DNA of 40,618 nucleotides from a virus: IMG/VR virus record IMGVR_UViG_3300045988_125605, positions 1 to 40,618 of that record; one strand, 5' to 3'. Shown piece by piece: positions 39,393 to 40,618 of this stretch (position 1 is its first letter; each line of letters starts with the position of its first letter). The notes under the pieces were generated by a model. It saw only the letters and a program-made list of their open reading frames with translations, ran no database searches and was not told where the DNA came from. The position numbers and the translations under genes were made by a program.

Positions 39393-40583
39393 TCATGTTT
39401 TGGTTTTAAACATCAAAGAAACTAAATCCCTTCCACTAATGGATGTATCTATTAAATCATACAAAAAATTCCTATCCCATAAAACAACACCGATTTCAGA
39501 AGCTAATTGTTGAGCTTGTTCAGTATAGTACTGATTAGTAAGAACGACGCCTACATTTGCATGGTAGTATTTCATTCCTCCTGAAATTTGATACACAGCA
39601 TCAACCCCGACATTCGAAGAATAGCGTTTGCACTGAAAGGCGTAAAGCACATTATTATATTTCCCAAGAATGTCAACCCCAAAATCGCCACTGGCCGGTG
39701 TTACTGTTACATCTGAAAAACCAACCTCGTGCAATAGTTGAGCACAGTATTGCTCAAAATCTTTGCCTGACATGTAGTCGAATTTTTCATTGTAATAGTT
39801 GACACGAGCATTAAGTGACTGTTCGTTTACCTGAGTATGATGCTCAAGAGCAAGAGAAGATTGCAAACTCGTAAAAAAGCCTTGTTCAAAAGCTGTTTCG
39901 AATTCGGCGGATGTCATTAAAACTTTCCTTGGTTTAGTTCCGACTTCTGGACCAACTACACCAACATCGCTAAGCTGATCCATAATCCTTTCCGCTCTAT
40001 TATATCCAATTTTAAATAAGCGTTGCAGCATACCAACAGAAGCTTGTTGCTTTTCAATTACAAAACGAGCGGCATCCTCAAAGTAAACATCGAATTCATC
40101 TATAAAAATATCTGACTTTATATTTTCGGAAAATTTATCTAGTTTACCATTTTTTGAAATAAAATTTTCTTGAGAATTATTAGAACTTTCGGGCAAAATT
40201 ATCTCTGGTTCTGGTGGCACAATCAATGTATCTGATGTGCTGATAGAATTAATTGTACCGACAGAGGTTGAACATAGAACCAATTTGTAATAAATAAAGT
40301 CAACCGCAATAATAGCCGATATGGCAAAAATGACGGTATGGCGAAATGAAATAGGTAAAGTTTCTATATGATTAAGCAAATACAATATCCAAAGATACAG
40401 AACAACAAAAGTGAGCGGAGACAGTAGAGGATAAAAAATACGAGATGAATCCGTATTGCTTTTGCGGTTCGTTGCACTCATTTCGAACAAAAAACATATT
40501 AAACCAAGAGGAACAGAAAACTTTTTGGGTATGCCGCACAAGAAAAAAGAGAGTATAAAAATTAAAAGGCTTAATAAAAGCAT
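39393..40583 (-). CDS. Membrane-anchored FtsK-gamma winged-helix plus Mrr-type (restriction endonuclease-like) nuclease domain protein
   Basis: About 4 N-terminal TM helices. FtsK-gamma motif ASVGMLQRLFKIGYNRAERIMDQLSDVGVVGP. Mrr_cat motif FEQYCAQLLHEVGF...SGDFGVDILG...FQCKRY. The frame stays open to 40618 and across the circular junction to an ATG at 59..57 with an AAGGTGAGG SD. Confidence 0.75.
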   Translation of the reverse strand: MLLLSLLIFILSFFLCGIPKKFSVPLGLICFLFEMSATNRKSNTDSSRIFYPLLSPLTFVVLYLWILYLLNHIETLPISFRHTVIFAISAIIAVDFIYYKLVLCSTSVGTINSISTSDTLIVPPEPEIILPESSNNSQENFISKNGKLDKFSENIKSDIFIDEFDVYFEDAARFVIEKQQASVGMLQRLFKIGYNRAERIMDQLSDVGVVGPEVGTKPRKVLMTSAEFETAFEQGFFTSLQSSLALEHHTQVNEQSLNARVNYYNEKFDYMSGKDFEQYCAQLLHEVGFSDVTVTPASGDFGVDILGKYNNVLYAFQCKRYSSNVGVDAVYQISGGMKYYHANVGVVLTNQYYTEQAQQLASEIGVVLWDRNFLYDLIDTSISGRDLVSLMFKTKT

Positions 40584-40618
40584 GCATCCTATGCGAGCAT
40601 AACGAAGGTTTTCTTTAT
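40564..40618. repeat. 55-bp terminal direct repeat, copy 2
   Basis: Exact copy of 1..55. It overlaps the 5' end of the minus-strand CDS 39393..40583. Confidence 0.95.

Larger units (their letters stand above)
1..40618. mobile_element. Complete temperate siphovirus-like phage (possible phage-plasmid) genome on a circularly closed contig; unit length 40563 bp
   Basis: Complete lysogeny, replication, packaging, head, tail, DGR, lysis and integrase modules. No host housekeeping genes. Bases 1..55 are identical to 40564..40618. Confidence 0.85.

Noticed and set aside
1-40618. CRISPR arrays, rRNA genes and IS/transposase genes
   Set aside because: I saw no regularly spaced direct repeats with unique spacers, no rRNA-like segments, and no transposase motifs (DDE or Y1) other than the HUH Rep, which sits in a replication context.

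Overview
The window is a complete temperate siphovirus-type phage genome, probably from a Firmicutes/Clostridia-like host (strong AGGAGG Shine-Dalgarno sites; SPP1/PBSX-type morphogenesis genes; CW_7 and PG-binding endolysin domains). Bases 1..55 are identical to 40564..40618, so this looks like a circularly closed contig with a unit length of 40563 bp, not a prophage with host flanks. The gene order is: (1) an AT-rich accessory cassette on the minus strand, split across the window ends, encoding a membrane-anchored FtsK-gamma/Mrr-type nuclease and a small zinc-ribbon protein; (2) a lysogeny switch with two XRE HTH genes, divergent TTGACA promoters and GTTTG-N5-CAAAC operators; (3) an early/replication module with small ORFs, a HUH rolling-circle Rep, an RNase H-like protein, ParA and a 728-aa ParB-like protein; (4) a sigma-region-4-like regulator, tRNA-Ile(UAU) and two tandem terminators; (5) terS/terL, an SPP1-type portal, a MuF protein with a C-terminal toxin-like extension, scaffold, capsid, connectors, major tail protein, G/GT chaperones with a U7 -1 frameshift site, tape measure and a 1513-aa tail fibre with an S74 chaperone domain; (6) a full diversity-generating retroelement (target gene with VR, Avd, TR, RT) in which all 10 TR/VR mismatches fall on TR adenines; (7) holin and a multidomain endolysin; (8) a large serine integrase with a 13-bp/N16/13-bp inverted repeat beside it as an attP candidate. 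The points most worth follow-up are the DGR, the membrane nuclease cassette, a 19-bp palindrome family dispersed at four or five loci (a parS-like hypothesis), and the combination of integrase, ParAB and RCR Rep (possible phage-plasmid lifestyle). All functional calls rest on motifs I read by eye; no database search was possible.
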